This document shows, piece after piece, positions 27,972-38,921 of a stretch of 64,000 nt of DNA. The position numbers and the translations under genes are program-made. The DNA is from a virus. Lineage: Duplodnaviria; Caudoviricetes. The notes beneath the pieces are model-generated. The model ran no database searches and was not told the origin of the DNA. It saw only the letters and a list, made by a program, of their open reading frames with translations. The stretch lies in the IMG/VR virus record IMGVR_UViG_3300050335_000039, positions 14,811 through 78,810 of that record. The stretch is one strand, 5' to 3'. Each line of letters opens with the position of its first letter. Positions within the stretch are counted from its first letter, which is position 1.

Positions 27972-29150
27972 ATGTATAATATTTTATGGATTAGTGATGG
28001 AGTAACTCCAACAGGATTTAGTAGGGTGGCACATTCTATAATAAAATATTTACCAAGAGATAAATATAATATAGAAATGTTAGCCATTAATTACCATGGT
28101 GATCCACATGAATACAATTACAATATTTACCCAGCAGGAAGTAAAGGAATTCTCTATGGGTTTAATAGAATACAGGATTTAGCTAAAGATGATATAGACC
28201 TTATTTTTATATTAAATGATGTTTGGATTATAAATGAATATTTAAAAGTAATTAAAGAAGTTTGGTCTAAAATCAATAAGAAACCTGAAATAGTGGTATA
28301 TTTTCCCGTTGATGCAGAGGAACATGATCCAGATTGGTATGTTAATTTCGATATAGTAAGTAAAGCTGTTGTATATACAGAATTTGGCAAGAACGTAGTT
28401 AAAAAAGCATGTCCAAATCTTGAAACTATTATAATTCCACATGGGGTTGATTTAGATGATTTTTATAAAATAAATAAACCAACTAAAGAACTAAAGGAAA
28501 CATTATTTCCAAAAGATAGAACTGATTTAATAGATTCATTTATAGTATTAAATGCAGGACGGAATCAACCAAGAAAAAAACTGGATATAGCTTTAGAAGG
28601 ATTTTCAATATTTGCAAAAAATAAACCAGAAAATGTTAAATTTTATTCTCATTGTGGAATAGTTGATTCTTATATAGATATTTCAAAAATAGCTAAAAGA
28701 TTTAATATAGGAAATAGATTAATAATATCAAATGCTTCTTCTGGTGTACAAACCGTTCCCGTACAAAAATTAAATTTAATTTATAACTGTTGTGAAGTAG
28801 GGATAAATACATCTATTGGTGAAGGATGGAGCCTTTGTAATGCCGAACACGCTGCAACAGGGGCCCCACAAATAGTACCTGCACATAGTGCATGTAAAGA
28901 ATTATTTAGTGATTGTGGAATTTTATTGCCGGTTGTATCTAAAATAATGCAAATAGACATTATGACTGTTGGTGGATTAGTAAGAGCTGAAGACGTTGCT
29001 AATAGTTTAGAATTATTATATTCAAATAAAGAATTATATAATAAAAAGAAGAACGCATGTTTAGAAAAATTTACATCTGACAAGTATTTGTGGAAAAATA
29101 TTAGTAAGCAATGGGATAATTTATTTACAGAGGTATTAAAATGGACATAA
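27972..29150 (+). CDS. GT4 family glycosyltransferase
   Basis: TGFSRVA, IPHGVD, NAGRNQPRKK, EGWSLCNAE (Ex7E) motifs. Confidence 0.85.
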   Translation: MYNILWISDGVTPTGFSRVAHSIIKYLPRDKYNIEMLAINYHGDPHEYNYNIYPAGSKGILYGFNRIQDLAKDDIDLIFILNDVWIINEYLKVIKEVWSKINKKPEIVVYFPVDAEEHDPDWYVNFDIVSKAVVYTEFGKNVVKKACPNLETIIIPHGVDLDDFYKINKPTKELKETLFPKDRTDLIDSFIVLNAGRNQPRKKLDIALEGFSIFAKNKPENVKFYSHCGIVDSYIDISKIAKRFNIGNRLIISNASSGVQTVPVQKLNLIYNCCEVGINTSIGEGWSLCNAEHAATGAPQIVPAHSACKELFSDCGILLPVVSKIMQIDIMTVGGLVRAEDVANSLELLYSNKELYNKKKNACLEKFTSDKYLWKNISKQWDNLFTEVLKWT

Positions 29151-29584
29151 TTTTTCCAGACACAACAGATATAATTGACAAAATAAGGTCTGTTATAGGA
29201 AGAAATGTGGTTTTTATATATACAATATCTTCTGAACCATGCCCATTTTGTAATTTAGACCCTATTACTAATACTTCTACAGATTCTTTTTGTACAACAT
29301 GTAGTGGTAAATATTGGATACCAGTCACTAATAGAACTACAGTTTCAGCGCATATAACTTGGGGACATTCAGAAGATTTAAATTGGGTAACAGGAGGCCA
29401 ATATTTTGAGGGAGACTGTAGAATCCAAATTAAATTAACTGATGAAAATATAACATTAGCTAATTTAGCGGATAGTGTTGAAGTTGATGGAAAATTAATG
29501 ACAATAAAGAAAAAGATTTTGCGTGGAGCACAAAATTTGAATAGAATTCTATTGGATTTGGTTGAGAAAGAGGATAAGATTTAA
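29141..29584 (+). CDS. Head closure protein (neck 2) with zinc-binding insert
   Basis: CPFC..CTTC, beta-rich, VEVDGK; synteny. Confidence 0.5.
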   Translation: MDIIFPDTTDIIDKIRSVIGRNVVFIYTISSEPCPFCNLDPITNTSTDSFCTTCSGKYWIPVTNRTTVSAHITWGHSEDLNWVTGGQYFEGDCRIQIKLTDENITLANLADSVEVDGKLMTIKKKILRGAQNLNRILLDLVEKEDKI

Positions 29585-29586
29585 AT

Positions 29587-29817
29587 ATGGAAGGAAATAA
29601 AATAATAAAACAAATAGATTTATTTGAAATTATTAGATTTATAGGCAAACGGAATAAAGTTTTTCAAGCTATGATTCTACAAGAAATTGAATCTATTATA
29701 AATAAGGATTCTGATGAATATAAGCAAATTAGAAAACTTATTTTAGATGGATTTAATAATTATACTAGAAATATTATGAAAATAATATTTGGTGATGTGG
29801 AATATTTAATAAAATAA
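29587..29817 (+). CDS. Hypothetical protein
   Basis: 76-aa ORF in operon. Confidence 0.5.
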   Translation: MEGNKIIKQIDLFEIIRFIGKRNKVFQAMILQEIESIINKDSDEYKQIRKLILDGFNNYTRNIMKIIFGDVEYLIK

Positions 29818-29818
29818 A

Positions 29819-30889
29819 ATGTTAGAGAGCACTGTAAATTATTATACTAAATATACAGAACAACTAATAAATGAAACAGATGAATTTCGTGAAAAATTAA
29901 AGATCATTAGTAAAAGAATATTAGAGTTAAATGAAATAAAAAATAAAGAAAAAGATATAATATCTGACATAAAAACTGCTAATAATATACAGTGTATAAG
30001 TTCATATAAAGATTTTGCTACAAAATTATTGAAAAGAGAAGCAATTTTAGCGGCAGAGATTACAAAGGAATTTAGTGTAGGTATATTTACAGAAAGATTA
30101 AATATGGCTATAGATGACCCAAATACTATAGAATTAATTCCTATAGAAGGTACCAGTAATATAAATGTAATAATAGACTTAAGTACAACCGCCGGAACTA
30201 TAGAAGATTGGGCCAATGCCGTAGATGTCGCTAGACGTGAATTAAACATAAGTATATATTCAAGGCATCCAGTATCAGCAAGAGAAAGGTCTGAGAGATG
30301 GGTAAATTACTACGATGCTGGTAGAAATAATAAAGATATTATAAATAAAAAAGGAAAAGATGTAACATATACCTATTATACTAGATACTGGGATACTATA
30401 TATAAAAGATTAGATAGTTGTACTTCATTAGCTCCATGGTGGGAAATACTTCAATTTGGAACTATAAAATTTCCAGAAGATACTAGTGGTACAGCATATC
30501 CAATAATACAACCTACTCGTTTTGTTGATATAGCTATTACTAAAATAAAAAATAATTATTATGGTTATTGTAATAAAAGATTAAATAAATTAAATATTTA
30601 TATCGAAAGTAAAAGAAATATAAAAAATATTAATAAAGCCATAGAAGATGCTAAATTAATAAAAAGAGAAATTATTGAAAATTTAAAATCAAAAAAATCA
30701 TTGGAAGAGAGCACTAGAAAATTAAGAGAAATAACCGATGATTATATAAATACAAATATAGAAAGAAATTTTCCAGATACTAAAGAATTCTTAAATGAAG
30801 TGTATAGTTTTGTTAATAAACAAGTTTCAGGAGTTACATCTAAAATAAAATTAGGTATTTCAAAAATAGTTAATATAATAGGTAAATAA
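29819..30889 (+). CDS. Hypothetical neck-region protein
   Basis: 356 aa with coiled-coil termini; synteny. Confidence 0.5.
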   Translation: MLESTVNYYTKYTEQLINETDEFREKLKIISKRILELNEIKNKEKDIISDIKTANNIQCISSYKDFATKLLKREAILAAEITKEFSVGIFTERLNMAIDDPNTIELIPIEGTSNINVIIDLSTTAGTIEDWANAVDVARRELNISIYSRHPVSARERSERWVNYYDAGRNNKDIINKKGKDVTYTYYTRYWDTIYKRLDSCTSLAPWWEILQFGTIKFPEDTSGTAYPIIQPTRFVDIAITKIKNNYYGYCNKRLNKLNIYIESKRNIKNINKAIEDAKLIKREIIENLKSKKSLEESTRKLREITDDYINTNIERNFPDTKEFLNEVYSFVNKQVSGVTSKIKLGISKIVNIIGK

Positions 30890-31339
30890 ATGTATTTAGA
30901 AAGAAAAGAAGATTTAAGTATAGTATATTGGTTAAAAGATAAATTCTCATCTGTTGATTTTGTAAATATACAGGATGGATTTCCAAACTCGGAATTAGTA
31001 TTGCCAACCATTTCTTCAGAACAAAAAACTTTAACTGCTGTGGATATTGAATTAGGAAATAAAAAGGGGGCAAGAGATAGGCTATATAATATAGATGTAT
31101 TTGCAATAAATAAAGCACAGCGAGATGAGTTTGCTTATAAGATTTATAACGAATTAGCAGAGGGTATTCCTGTATATGATTATGATGAAGGTTTTCCTCC
31201 AGATGTAGTTCCTACTAAAATAGGATGTTTAATTCCAAAAGAAAGAAGGATTGATTTTATAAAGGTAATACCCGAATTAGTAGATAAACTATATTATAGA
31301 GCTTCTATAGTTTTTATAGTTTATAACAATAAATTATAA
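30890..31339 (+). CDS. Tail terminator/completion protein
   Basis: 149 aa, LPTIS...YNIDVFA...QRD pattern, precedes tail tube. Confidence 0.6.
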   Translation: MYLERKEDLSIVYWLKDKFSSVDFVNIQDGFPNSELVLPTISSEQKTLTAVDIELGNKKGARDRLYNIDVFAINKAQRDEFAYKIYNELAEGIPVYDYDEGFPPDVVPTKIGCLIPKERRIDFIKVIPELVDKLYYRASIVFIVYNNKL

Positions 31340-31354
31340 GGAGATATTATTATT

Positions 31355-32548
31355 ATGGCAGAGAGATTAGCCATTCCCTCAAAAGAGTTACAATTACAGA
31401 TAGTTGGGGCTAAACAGGTTTTTGCCGTACCTAGAGCTCAAAGGATTAATCTTACATCTGATATTCCTTCAACTATAACAGATGAAATTGGTAATCCTGA
31501 GCATGCAGGAGAAGCAAAAGATATTCCAAATGTAACACTAACCTTTTCGTGTTTTGATACCGGTATAAGAACTTACTCTGTTTTAACTGGTGTAGATTAT
31601 GATTCATACCCATCAGCCGGAGTTGACATATCAAATCTCGGAGAAATAGATGCTATTATTTATGTAAAAGACCCAGACGTAGCAGATTATGTAAAATCTG
31701 CATCTGTAAGAAGATTACAGATTAGAGATTTTACTTTTAGTTATTCTGTTGATGGAGAATCTACAGAAGATTATACAGCAATTGGCTCAGAATATAGATG
31801 GTTTAGAAATGATGTAGTAGTGGATAAATTTACTTCTGGTTCAACCGTATTTACTTTAACACAAACTCCAATTCAGTTACGAAATGGTAGATATGCTGTT
31901 TCTGTAATACTAGATGGAAAATATCTAGAAGAGACATCAGGCATGCCATCTACTGGACAATATAGAATAGTTGGAACAACCCTAACAACCGGAGATAGTA
32001 GAACATCTCAAGTATTGGTTGTTTACCATGCCTCTCCAACAGGTAATAACTGGTCTGATGTTTCCGATAATACTATGCCAGCCGCCATTCGTGGTAGAGA
32101 TGTTTCAGTTGAAATATTAGCTAATAGTATTAATAGAGTACAATCAGTAACTATTAACGGCTCATTAAATGTACAAGAAGTAAGAGAAATGGGTAATAAA
32201 TCTGTAGTTGGTTATCAAAGACAGGTTCCAACAATAGATGGATCAATTACTGTATTAGATACAGATTTAGATTTAATAGACTTATTTACTTATGGTACAG
32301 TATCTTCAGGAGACGTAGAATTTCAACCTGGGGTAGGTTGTGCTGATAATACAATTGATTTGGAAATTATTTTACATGATCCTTGCGATGATTCTAGCCC
32401 ATATACTGTATTAAAGACCGTTTACTTGCCTAGCATAACTCCAGTTGGAGATGCGTATTCAGTTAATGTGAATGGTAATGCTGGACATACATTTAACTTT
32501 AGAAGTCTTGATGCACGATGTTATGTATATAGTGGAGAAAGATCGTAA
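31355..32548 (+). CDS. Major tail (tube) protein
   Basis: Beta-rich 397 aa followed by terminator, chaperones and tape measure. Confidence 0.7.
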   Translation: MAERLAIPSKELQLQIVGAKQVFAVPRAQRINLTSDIPSTITDEIGNPEHAGEAKDIPNVTLTFSCFDTGIRTYSVLTGVDYDSYPSAGVDISNLGEIDAIIYVKDPDVADYVKSASVRRLQIRDFTFSYSVDGESTEDYTAIGSEYRWFRNDVVVDKFTSGSTVFTLTQTPIQLRNGRYAVSVILDGKYLEETSGMPSTGQYRIVGTTLTTGDSRTSQVLVVYHASPTGNNWSDVSDNTMPAAIRGRDVSVEILANSINRVQSVTINGSLNVQEVREMGNKSVVGYQRQVPTIDGSITVLDTDLDLIDLFTYGTVSSGDVEFQPGVGCADNTIDLEIILHDPCDDSSPYTVLKTVYLPSITPVGDAYSVNVNGNAGHTFNFRSLDARCYVYSGERS

Positions 32549-32576
32549 GTGGCATTGAAATTGGTTTTATAAAAGG

Positions 32577-32612
32577 AAGCCATATAGATTAAATTCTATA
32601 TGGCTTTTATTT
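32577..32612 (+). terminator. Intrinsic terminator after the tail tube gene
   Basis: AAGCCATATAGA-TTAAAT-TCTATATGGCTT then TTATTT. Confidence 0.75.
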
Positions 32613-32635
32613 AATTTAGGAAAGGATTTTTAGGA

Positions 32636-33364
32636 ATGAATGCAGAAAAGAATGATGTTGACATTAGTAAATTATTTAATTGGGGAAAAGAATTTGAAAT
32701 AACAGACAATGTAGGAAAAGTGATCGCAAAGGTTTATATAAGATTAGTTGGAGACGCTGAATTAAATCAAAGTAGAGTAAAAGCACTAAGAAATTCAGCA
32801 CAATTGAGGAAATCCTTAAGAACACAAGGATCAGATGAAAATTTGGCTTATATTCCAGATTTGGATTCTATAGATTCACATAATATAATAGAAGTAATTT
32901 TGAATAATGAGGTATCTAGTATTACTAGGGAAGTAATGTACTCATTAGACATACCGTTACCAAAAGAACCGAGGTCTGATTCATCTATTGAAGAGCAGGA
33001 AAAATACCAAGAAGAAGTAGATAAATATCCTGCAAAAAGAAATAAAATCTTACTAGATAGGGTTAACAAACAATTAGATAAGAAAAGAAAAGAATATTCT
33101 ACTAAAACAAAAGAAGAATTATATAAAATACTAACAAATATTATAATAGATAAATTATGTGAAGAACACATGATGAAGAGTTTCAAAGAGTGGTGTACTT
33201 ATTTTGGTACATATAAGGACAAAGACTTTAAATATAGATTATGCAAAACTTTTGATGAGTTTAGTAATCTAGCTCCTGAATTTAAAGAGCAATTAATTAA
33301 TGGATATGATTCTTTGGATTTGGTGTCTGATGACCTAAAAAAATTGCCGGAAGCAACGCAATAG
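32636..33364 (+). CDS. Tail assembly chaperone (gpG-like)
   Basis: Between tube and tape measure; slippery site near the 3' end. Confidence 0.7.
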   Translation: MNAEKNDVDISKLFNWGKEFEITDNVGKVIAKVYIRLVGDAELNQSRVKALRNSAQLRKSLRTQGSDENLAYIPDLDSIDSHNIIEVILNNEVSSITREVMYSLDIPLPKEPRSDSSIEEQEKYQEEVDKYPAKRNKILLDRVNKQLDKKRKEYSTKTKEELYKILTNIIIDKLCEEHMMKSFKEWCTYFGTYKDKDFKYRLCKTFDEFSNLAPEFKEQLINGYDSLDLVSDDLKKLPEATQ

Positions 33365-33636
33365 CTGGTTTATGGATAACAGCAAAGGCGTTGCAGATTC
33401 CATTAGACTCTAAAATAAAGGAAATTAAAGATTTGCCATATACAATTTCTTATGTAATTAGAAAAAGAACACAAATAGATAATTTAAATGAATTACCTAA
33501 AGAAAAAAGACCTCCTGAAATATATTTATGGGATAAATCTACTGAAGATTTAGAGATGTGGTTAGATGGAGTACTAGGTAAGAATAAAACAAAAGAAAAA
33601 GAAATGACAATATCATTAAGAGATATTGAAGGATAA
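33337..33636 (+). CDS. Tail assembly chaperone extension (gpT-like) reached by -1 frameshift
   Basis: A AAA AAA at 33337-33343; the -1 frame is open to 33636 and contains track ORF 33391..33636. Confidence 0.7.
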   Translation, partial: KKIAGSNAIAGLWITAKALQIPLDSKIKEIKDLPYTISYVIRKRTQIDNLNELPKEKRPPEIYLWDKSTEDLEMWLDGVLGKNKTKEKEMTISLRDIEG

Positions 33637-33639
33637 TCT

Positions 33640-36600
33640 ATGGCAGATGATTTACAACATTTACAAAATATAAGAAATGAATATGATAAACTTTTATCTT
33701 CTGTTTCTAATTCAAGAGTAGCATTAGAACAGGTAAGCAAACTTATATCTGATATTGATGCTAAAATATCAAAGGCTTCTCAACATACTGGCAATATTGC
33801 AGGTGCTACTACTCCTGTTACTACTAGCGTAGCCTATAATGAACCAGTAAGTATAGAAGAAGCATTAATGAAAGCTAAAAAACTAAATGAAGAGCGTAAT
33901 AGATTAGAAAGAATAGAGAAAGAGAAAGAAAAGGAAATAGCAAGAATAGAGAGAGAGGCTATTAGAAGAGAAATAAATGCCCCATCTATTAGATCGAAGG
34001 AAGCGTTTTCATTTAGATTTGGCGAAACCGCCGCTAAAAATGTAGAAAAATACTTTAATCAAGTTAATATTACAAGAGGACTTTATAATAAAGGAGAGGA
34101 TGAATTTTTTGATTTCTCTAAACTTACTAGTGCTTATGGTACTGGGGCAGGCTATACTAACTTAACCTATAGATTTAGAGATTCAGATAAAGTATTACAA
34201 AAGTTAAATATAACCCTAGATAAACACGGTAGAGTTATAAATGATACCCAAAAAAGATACCGGTCTTTTGGCGACGCAATAAGAAGAGATATTGTTGAAG
34301 TAGCTAAATGGTCAACCGCTGTAGCCCTTGTTTATATGCCAGCTAGAAAACTAGAGGAAGTATTACAAAATACAATAGAGAACGAAGCTAAAATGGCCGA
34401 TGTAAGCATTGCATTAGGCTCTTCTACTAAACAATTAAGTAATGTATTTTCTGAAGTAGCAGATATAGCTAATATAATGGGAGAGGAAATAAATACAGTT
34501 ATAGATGCTTATGTATTGGCATATAGAGCTACTGGAGATATTACAGATCAAAATGAGAGATTAGCTGTTACATCCAAATTATTAGCCGATGCCTTAACTT
34601 TATCCAAATTATCAGGTATGGAAGAGGCAGAAGCTATGGATTCTTTAACAGCCTCATTGCGACAAATGAATATGCCATTAACTGACGGTACCACTTTATT
34701 AGATACTTGGGTAAAAACTACAAGAATTGCTAACGTAGATTTGGAAACACTTGCCGCTGGATTTGCTACATTGGGAGATGCGTCAGAATCAGCAGGAATG
34801 AGCGCAGAAGAATTTAATGCTGTTATTGCTACAGTAGCAGAAACAGGGTTGGCTTCTGGAAGAGAGGCCGCTAATGCCGCAAGAGCTTTAGTAGCCGGAT
34901 TTCAATCAGATAAAGCAAGGGAAGAATTACAAAAGTTAGGAATTTCTATTACTGATGAAACAGGTAAAATAAAAGGATTCCTAGATATAATGAAAGAAGT
35001 AGCCGCACTAAGAGTTCCAGGTAAAGAATTAATCTCTGAGGGCCAATTTTCTGAATTAACGTTGGCTCTAGGAGGCGGAACAAGAAGACAGGCTTTATTT
35101 TCAACATTTATTTCCAGTTTGTCTAGAGTATATGAAATTATGGAAGGACAAACAAATTCAGCAGGATCAGCCCAGGAAGCATTAGGTAAAAAACTTGATA
35201 CTGTTCAAACACATATTGTTAAACTAAATAATGCTTTTATGGAATTATCTAATACATTGGGTACTAAGGGCGGTGTGCTTGAATTAATGAAAGACATATT
35301 AGGGGTTGCCACATCTCTCGTTGATGTTATTAATAAACTTACCGGAGGATTTGGTAAAGCAAGTATGCTTTTAGCATTAACAGGAGTAGCCTCATTAGCT
35401 TTGGGAGGAGATAAAAATGAGCAATTAAGGGAAAACTTAAGAGGAAGATTTATATATGGAGCAATATCGGGAGGTGTTCCTACTAATATTGCATCTACTA
35501 TAGGTACATATTTTGGAAAATCTGGTATAGAAGGTATGGGAGTACAAAGAAATTTGGGATACGGTTTAGGAACACAACTTGGTTTCGGCTCTAAAGTAGC
35601 CGCACTAAGTAGTGTTGGTAGTTTACTTCCAGCTATATATAACTTTAGAGAAGGTAAAATAGCTTCCGGTATTGCGGATATAGCCGGTGGATTTGCAGGA
35701 GCTTTTATAGGCGGGCCTCTAGGAGCGGCAGTAGGCTCCGCAATAGCTGAAGCATTTGTTAGTGCAACTATAGATCATAAACCAGATTTACAAGACATGC
35801 TAAAGGATGTTACTTATGAAGCTACTAAATCTAGTATAGAATCGCAAGATCAAACATTAGAATCCCTCTATGAAACTGCACAAAGAAGGGCAGGCGGAGG
35901 AAATATATTTTTAGGTCAAACAAGAATTGCATTAGAAGCGGCTGGAACGGCTATATTAGCCCCCATAGCTAATTTAGCTTTATCTTTAAATGGAATTAAT
36001 AAAAGAATGCAAGGAATGACTGTTAATCAGGTAACACGATCTTATCTAACACAGCAAGAAATAGCTCCAGTTCAAGCAACGTATGAAACTAAAGCAGGAT
36101 TTCAGGGTACATATTTTTCTGATTTAATGTCAAAACAATTATCAGCAAATGCTCCCATACTAAATGATATTATAGCTAGACAAAGTGAAAAACTTAGACA
36201 GCAATTGATACAAAAAACTATTACATCCTCTCAGTTTCAAGAGATGTATGAAAATATAGGAACGGCTTCTGAAGTTGCTACAAGATATTTAGTAGCTTTT
36301 GGTGAACAGTATGACGCTATATCTGATAAAGTATCCGGCACTAATGAAGTATTGGAGGATTTCGTAGAATTAATTGTTAGAAGTTCTCCAGAAGAAATAT
36401 CTACTATTACTCAATTATCTTCTAGTATTGCCAGTTTAATGGGAGAAATAGAAGCATTAAAATCAGCAGGACAAGATGCATCCGAACAACAAGTAAAACT
36501 AAATAAATTGACTAAAGATGCGGCTACTTACTATAATCAATTAAGAAATTCTTTTGATAAAAGTAAGGGATTTAATCTACCGTCAATTATAGACTTATCA

Positions 36601-37587
36601 GATGTTGATTATACTTCAGTAATAGCCAAGGCATTTGAACTACAACATGCTTATATACAAGGAATAATAGCTGAGGGATTAGTTCCAGATGGAACTACAG
36701 AGGAACAAATAATATCTACATTTGAAGATTTATTTATACAAATAGGAGAAAAATCATTTAAAAAACAAACAGGACTAGGAGCACAGTTTTTACAAGATGC
36801 TGCAAAACAAATGCAAAAAGATTTTAATATAGTTAATTTTAATGCTACCTCATTACAGTTACAGCAGGCCTATGCCCAATATAAAAATAGAGTAGCCGAA
36901 ATGACCCAAATATTTGGGCCATACGGTTGGAAAGAAAATCCAGAAGTATTTGGTTATACAACAACAGACGATCAAAAAGGAGTTACTAAATTAGATTTGA
37001 AAGTATTCCAATTATTACTAGAAGAAATAGCAGATAATACTGAAAAAACAGTAGATGGTATATATAATTTACCTGAAGGGGCAGAATTTTATGCTCCAAT
37101 TACAGCTTTGTATTATAGACCTAAGAATCCTTTATTACCAGATAATACTGTACCTGGAATAGGATTACCATTACCAACTCCAGATGTAGAAACATCAAAA
37201 GCTGTTACAGCTACTGTATATCCTCAATCTACTAGAGACCCAAATGCAAGATTTAAGTATAGATTTAATTATGGTTATACTAATCCTGTTACAATTGGTA
37301 CTACAGGAATGCAGGGTTCTACAAATTATGCGGCTTTTCTGAAAGAAGAGAATAAGCCCTATGAAACTTGGTCTAACACTAATTCATTATTATCTCAATT
37401 AACGGCTTTATTCTCTAATTTAAAATTTACCCCACAGATAACTATGGGAGCATTAGGAAATTTAAATATAGAGCTTTCATTAATTGCTGATGGAGTTAAA
37501 TTATGGGAAGTAATAAAACCAGTTGCCTTAAAAGATTTAATAAGATTTGAAGGCGTAGCTGGTTCATTGTCTAGGAATGTAATGTAG
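33640..37587 (+). CDS. Tape measure protein
   Basis: 1315 aa, helical Ala/Gly-rich, TP901-like core (AANAARAL, LGISITDETGKIK). Confidence 0.9.
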   Translation: MADDLQHLQNIRNEYDKLLSSVSNSRVALEQVSKLISDIDAKISKASQHTGNIAGATTPVTTSVAYNEPVSIEEALMKAKKLNEERNRLERIEKEKEKEIARIEREAIRREINAPSIRSKEAFSFRFGETAAKNVEKYFNQVNITRGLYNKGEDEFFDFSKLTSAYGTGAGYTNLTYRFRDSDKVLQKLNITLDKHGRVINDTQKRYRSFGDAIRRDIVEVAKWSTAVALVYMPARKLEEVLQNTIENEAKMADVSIALGSSTKQLSNVFSEVADIANIMGEEINTVIDAYVLAYRATGDITDQNERLAVTSKLLADALTLSKLSGMEEAEAMDSLTASLRQMNMPLTDGTTLLDTWVKTTRIANVDLETLAAGFATLGDASESAGMSAEEFNAVIATVAETGLASGREAANAARALVAGFQSDKAREELQKLGISITDETGKIKGFLDIMKEVAALRVPGKELISEGQFSELTLALGGGTRRQALFSTFISSLSRVYEIMEGQTNSAGSAQEALGKKLDTVQTHIVKLNNAFMELSNTLGTKGGVLELMKDILGVATSLVDVINKLTGGFGKASMLLALTGVASLALGGDKNEQLRENLRGRFIYGAISGGVPTNIASTIGTYFGKSGIEGMGVQRNLGYGLGTQLGFGSKVAALSSVGSLLPAIYNFREGKIASGIADIAGGFAGAFIGGPLGAAVGSAIAEAFVSATIDHKPDLQDMLKDVTYEATKSSIESQDQTLESLYETAQRRAGGGNIFLGQTRIALEAAGTAILAPIANLALSLNGINKRMQGMTVNQVTRSYLTQQEIAPVQATYETKAGFQGTYFSDLMSKQLSANAPILNDIIARQSEKLRQQLIQKTITSSQFQEMYENIGTASEVATRYLVAFGEQYDAISDKVSGTNEVLEDFVELIVRSSPEEISTITQLSSSIASLMGEIEALKSAGQDASEQQVKLNKLTKDAATYYNQLRNSFDKSKGFNLPSIIDLSDVDYTSVIAKAFELQHAYIQGIIAEGLVPDGTTEEQIISTFEDLFIQIGEKSFKKQTGLGAQFLQDAAKQMQKDFNIVNFNATSLQLQQAYAQYKNRVAEMTQIFGPYGWKENPEVFGYTTTDDQKGVTKLDLKVFQLLLEEIADNTEKTVDGIYNLPEGAEFYAPITALYYRPKNPLLPDNTVPGIGLPLPTPDVETSKAVTATVYPQSTRDPNARFKYRFNYGYTNPVTIGTTGMQGSTNYAAFLKEENKPYETWSNTNSLLSQLTALFSNLKFTPQITMGALGNLNIELSLIADGVKLWEVIKPVALKDLIRFEGVAGSLSRNVM

Positions 37588-37595
37588 GTGAAATT

Positions 37596-37964
37596 ATGGC
37601 ATGGACTTTTAATAATATAAGAATATTTCCTCAAGATATTCCAGAGAATATTAAAAACATTATGGCTAGATTACAACCATTAAACGGCGGTACTGTTCTA
37701 CAACATTTCGGATATGAATCTAATATTGTTAATTTGAGGGCTGTTGTAGTAGGAAAATCAAATGCAGATTCATTACTGGAATTAGCAAAAACAAATTCAT
37801 CTTATGCTTTAGTTGGCCCAAGTCCGTGGAATTCTGCCGTATATTTTTACGTATCTAATGTAACTATAAAACCAAGAATAGGTTGTTATCAAACATTGAT
37901 TCCTAGTTTAGGTTGTGATGCGCCGGTTTATGATGTTGATATGGAGTTATATATAGATGAATAA
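37596..37964 (+). CDS. Distal tail (Dit-like) protein
   Basis: Follows tape measure; synteny. Confidence 0.5.
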   Translation: MAWTFNNIRIFPQDIPENIKNIMARLQPLNGGTVLQHFGYESNIVNLRAVVVGKSNADSLLELAKTNSSYALVGPSPWNSAVYFYVSNVTIKPRIGCYQTLIPSLGCDAPVYDVDMELYIDE

Positions 37965-38919
37965 TTTATATTGCGAGATAAGTAATGTTACAGGAATAGA
38001 AAGCGTTTCTGTTAGTACTAGCCATACATCTAGTATGTCAACTGCTACATTTATTTGTAGAGAGCATACTTTAAATATAGGAAATATAATAACAATAGAC
38101 TTGGGTTACATTGATAATCATTCTATAGTATTTACTGGATATGTAAAAAATATAGAATATAATGTACCAAATAATGTTTATACTATAACGGCTAACGATG
38201 TAATTACTAGGGCTGTAGAGTTTTTTGTAGCCCCAAGTGATCCAACAGAGATTTTAAAATGGCACGATATAGCGGCTGAAGATTTAGTTTCAGAAGTTAT
38301 GTCATTAGCAGGTATTTCTGTTACCACTATAGGGGCTACTACATTTACATTTGCGGTAAGTGAAGATGTATATGCAGAAGTAAATTTAGTCTCTTCGTAT
38401 GATTATTCTAAAAATATAGCTGATATTATAGCCTGGCATATTTACGCTGACGAGAATGGAACAGTATATTTTTTAGATAGAAAACCTTATGTAATGGATG
38501 GAGATCATTCAATATTTACTATAACTGATAGTAATATATTAAAATTTACATATAAAAAATCTGATAGGGACTTAAGAAATAGAATAGTAGTATATGGATA
38601 TAACAATCTACATTCTGAAGCATCAGCATCATCACCATATCTACCTACTGGTTTTTATAAAACAGTAGTAGTATCTGCCGCAGATGTTATAGATACACAA
38701 GATATGGCAGATAAGGCATGCGCATATAACCTAGAAAAATTAAATAGATTAACAGAACAAATCTCTGTCTCAGTTATAGGCGATCCTACATTATTAGCCA
38801 GAAAAGTAATAACAGTTAATGAGGCGTATTCAGGAATAAATGAAAATTGGTATATATACACAGCAGACCATACTTGGGGAAAAGATGGTTATACTGTTGA
38901 TATGGAATTGAGGAAATAA
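37957..38919 (+). CDS. Baseplate hub/tail tip protein
   Basis: YADENGTVYF, RNRIVVYG, GDPTL motifs of the gp27/Tal fold. Confidence 0.65.
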   Translation: MNNLYCEISNVTGIESVSVSTSHTSSMSTATFICREHTLNIGNIITIDLGYIDNHSIVFTGYVKNIEYNVPNNVYTITANDVITRAVEFFVAPSDPTEILKWHDIAAEDLVSEVMSLAGISVTTIGATTFTFAVSEDVYAEVNLVSSYDYSKNIADIIAWHIYADENGTVYFLDRKPYVMDGDHSIFTITDSNILKFTYKKSDRDLRNRIVVYGYNNLHSEASASSPYLPTGFYKTVVVSAADVIDTQDMADKACAYNLEKLNRLTEQISVSVIGDPTLLARKVITVNEAYSGINENWYIYTADHTWGKDGYTVDMELRK

Positions 38920-38921
38920 TA

